From assembly GCF_009914755.1 (NCBI RefSeq), contig NC_060929.1: 64,000 nucleotides of DNA; one strand, given 5' to 3'. This DNA comes from the human T2T-CHM13v2.0 reference genome, Homo sapiens. Shown here in pieces: positions 61,589 to 64,000 of this stretch. The notes beneath the pieces are model-generated. The model was not told where the DNA came from. It did not search any database and was given only the letters and a program-made list of their open reading frames with translations. Position 1 is the first letter of the stretch. Every line of letters starts with the position of its first letter. The translations under genes and the position numbers were made by a program.

Positions 61589-62776
61589 AGATATATTGTG
61601 CATTAACTACTCTTGCCACCATTAGGTAAGTTTATAAGAAAGAGAGTAACTTAACTTGTAGATAACCACCTGCTGAGAGAGATGAAGAGGGATGCAACAA
61701 TTAAGTCAAAGAAGGCCTTCTCTGAAAGCAGCACACACTTATTCACTAACAGCAGACCAGTAATATGGCAAATTGCTGGGTTGAAAAGCCAACCACTGCT
61801 ATACCTCACAGGGAAGCAGCTCTAAGCAGTGGTTCTCAATATGGAAGCTTAGCAGGAGGTAAGGATATACCTCAGGTCTTTTTCCAGGATTTGTCATTAT
61901 TAGTTCTCAGTGAAACAATGGAAGCCCCACTGGGTAAAATATATAATTTAAGTTGCTACTTCATACCAACGCCCTCTTTTACAATTACTTCTAGCTAGGA
62001 ATAACACAAATAAGAGAGTTGGGTGTGAATGACACCTAAACCACATAGATCTCCAGTCTTTAAGACGGAGATAATAAGATGATTGGCAGTGTTGGAAGGA
62101 AATCTTCCCTGGATTTCTTGGTGATTTGACATGGTCTGGACCGCCCAAGCAATAGACATTGTCAAATTATAATGATAGAACACGCATCCTCTTCTTTTCC
62201 CCCACAACTACCTCCTCTTTGGGTTCTAAGGGTGGTAGATATGAAGTCTTTTGTCTCCTTTTTCACCAGAGACATCTGTTCCTTCTTCAAAAGATATGAG
62301 AGCCTTTCTATTATCTGCATGATTCAATGTTTACATTCTTGGTTGTAGAATTTCTTCTCTTCCACCAACAGAAGATCTTTGTACATTCCAAAATAAAAGA
62401 TAAGCACCTTTTATAAGTCCAGAAGCATAGATGGTTGGCTCCTATGTAAGCTTTAAAATTCATAATTTTGGAGTTTCTCTACTGTGGTAGAGACCCCTCT
62501 ATGTGCAGGGTACGTTTGGCTTTCCTTACATAGCCCTATGAAGGACTGAGGTATGGGCAAATAGCAACATCACTAAGGTATTCTGTGAGTCAGTAAAAAG
62601 AGGTTTTTTGTTTTGTTTTGTTTGCTTTTGGTGTGTTCTTGATAATCTCTGGTGTTTCTGCTAGTGTATTTGTGTGTATGTGTGTATCTATTGAACTATA
62701 TTTCTATCTTCTATTTATCCAATCTGTATGTATATACATATCTATATCTATTTATCTTACTATATAATCTACCCAG

Positions 62777-62821
<45 letters not shown>
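62777..62821. repeat. (TATC)11 tetranucleotide STR
   Basis: Uninterrupted tatc run. Confidence 0.97.
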
Positions 62822-62822
<1 letters not shown>

Positions 62823-62999
62823 ATCTAAACAAGTAGTGTAACATTTTCAACTCTTCACAGTTTTACACCTAAGAGATGTATATGTGGCAGCAAGGATATG
62901 ACACAAAGCAAACATGTAAGAATTGTACTAAGTAATTTTTTTGAGAATTGTATTGAAAAAATAAAAACAACAAAAACGTAATCAAATAATATTTCAAAC

Positions 63000-64000
63000 C
63001 TAGCCTGAAACTCTTCAAAACAGTCCATAGGCCAGCAAACCTACATCTATATAAGTATCATTTTAAAGCTTTTCAGCCTCTTAAAAGGACATCTGTTCCA
63101 TTGCCTACTTCACATGTGGACAGAGCACATAATGGACAAAAATAAACCTTCCAGAAAGAAGGATCCAGAGGCCATAGAGAACAATGAAAAAGGTAATTCC
63201 TGCCAGAGAGTAAATCCAGCCACTAACAGATGGTGTAACATGAATTAACTACACTGCCAGCAAAAGGAACCTTCAATTTCTTCCCAGACTAATGATGGCC
63301 TTGTGTTTCCCGCTCCTCCTTTTTCTAAATGCAGGTTTTGAAATGTGTTACTTATTACCTCAGTACAATTGTATGGTAAATGTGTTAGGGATATATAACT
63401 TGAATTTTAATTTACAGATGTAAAGTAAATTTTTCTACCTACTTGTATAGGAGATATTAAAGCTGACTCTGTGTTTTAACACAACCATTATAACCAACAA
63501 AATCTCTTAAAATATAATAATATTTGAGTGATATCACTATGCCAGAACCTCACTGGCCTGACCAGAGAACAATGATTCCTGTTTTATTAAATAATTATTT
63601 GTGCACAGAATCCTGGACTCCTCCCTTCCTAACCAGAGAGCTTCTTTTCAATCTTCATTGGCATAACTAAGCATCAGTAACATATACTTCCCCCCTTTCT
63701 AGTGGTTAGATATCTCTGATTTGCATTCTTAGTGAATCACTGATTTTATTCTACTGGTGTATCTCTTTGCCTGGCAGGTTAATAAGCCTGGTATTCTTTT
63801 GTCATTGGATGTTGTTTTTTTTATTGTATGCTTCTTTAAATTACTGAAGGCCATTGTTTACAAAGGTCACAGTACAACAAGGACTTACATCTTGATCTGA
63901 TAAAGAGGACTGTATATTATATAGGGATCTTGGAGTTTGAGTTGAATGAAATAATAGATTAGGGCTTTAGAATATTTTCTCCCCTAAGAATGAGATTAAA
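63000..64000 (+). mobile_element. Degenerate MLT1-int fragments
   Basis: tgtgtttcccgctcctcctttttctaaatg and ttggagtttgagttgaatgaaataatagattagg resemble MaLR internal 3' text. Confidence 0.4.

Noticed and set aside
61791-61834. 10-bp inverted repeat aaccactgct...agcagtggtt
   Set aside because: Short, and resembles common hAT/MER5 terminal sequence; no supporting structure.

Overview
AT-rich, repeat-dense primate genomic DNA. AluY, L1PA4/5-type L1, THE1 and MST elements point to a catarrhine, most likely human or great ape. It looks like a deep intron or gene desert. I see no intact protein-coding gene, RNA gene or CpG island. The only ORFs with recognisable homology are disabled L1 ORF2 fragments; the rest are Alu, LTR or simple-repeat read-throughs, or chance ORFs. 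Contents: about 14 Alus, three + strand L1s, about 12 LTR elements (including a two-LTR MLT1C provirus and an intact MLT2A2 solo LTR), MIR/L2 relics, a half MADE1 and several microsatellites. I cannot support a claim of a new biological system. The most unusual signals are local template-switch-like scars. (1) A ~220-bp inverted copy of nearby unique DNA splits an AluJ, with 6-bp microhomology at one junction. (2) A 70-bp copy of one specific AluJ end sits in an AT tract 2,220 bp away. (3) A 38-bp dispersed repeat begins at an AluY junction. (4) There are AT-rich fold-back palindromes. There is also a cluster of minus-strand splice signals at about 10.26-10.50 kb, consistent with the + strand bias of L1s and LTRs. 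Subfamily names come from recalled consensus motifs. Boundaries and identities were counted by eye and should be confirmed with RepeatMasker/Dfam.
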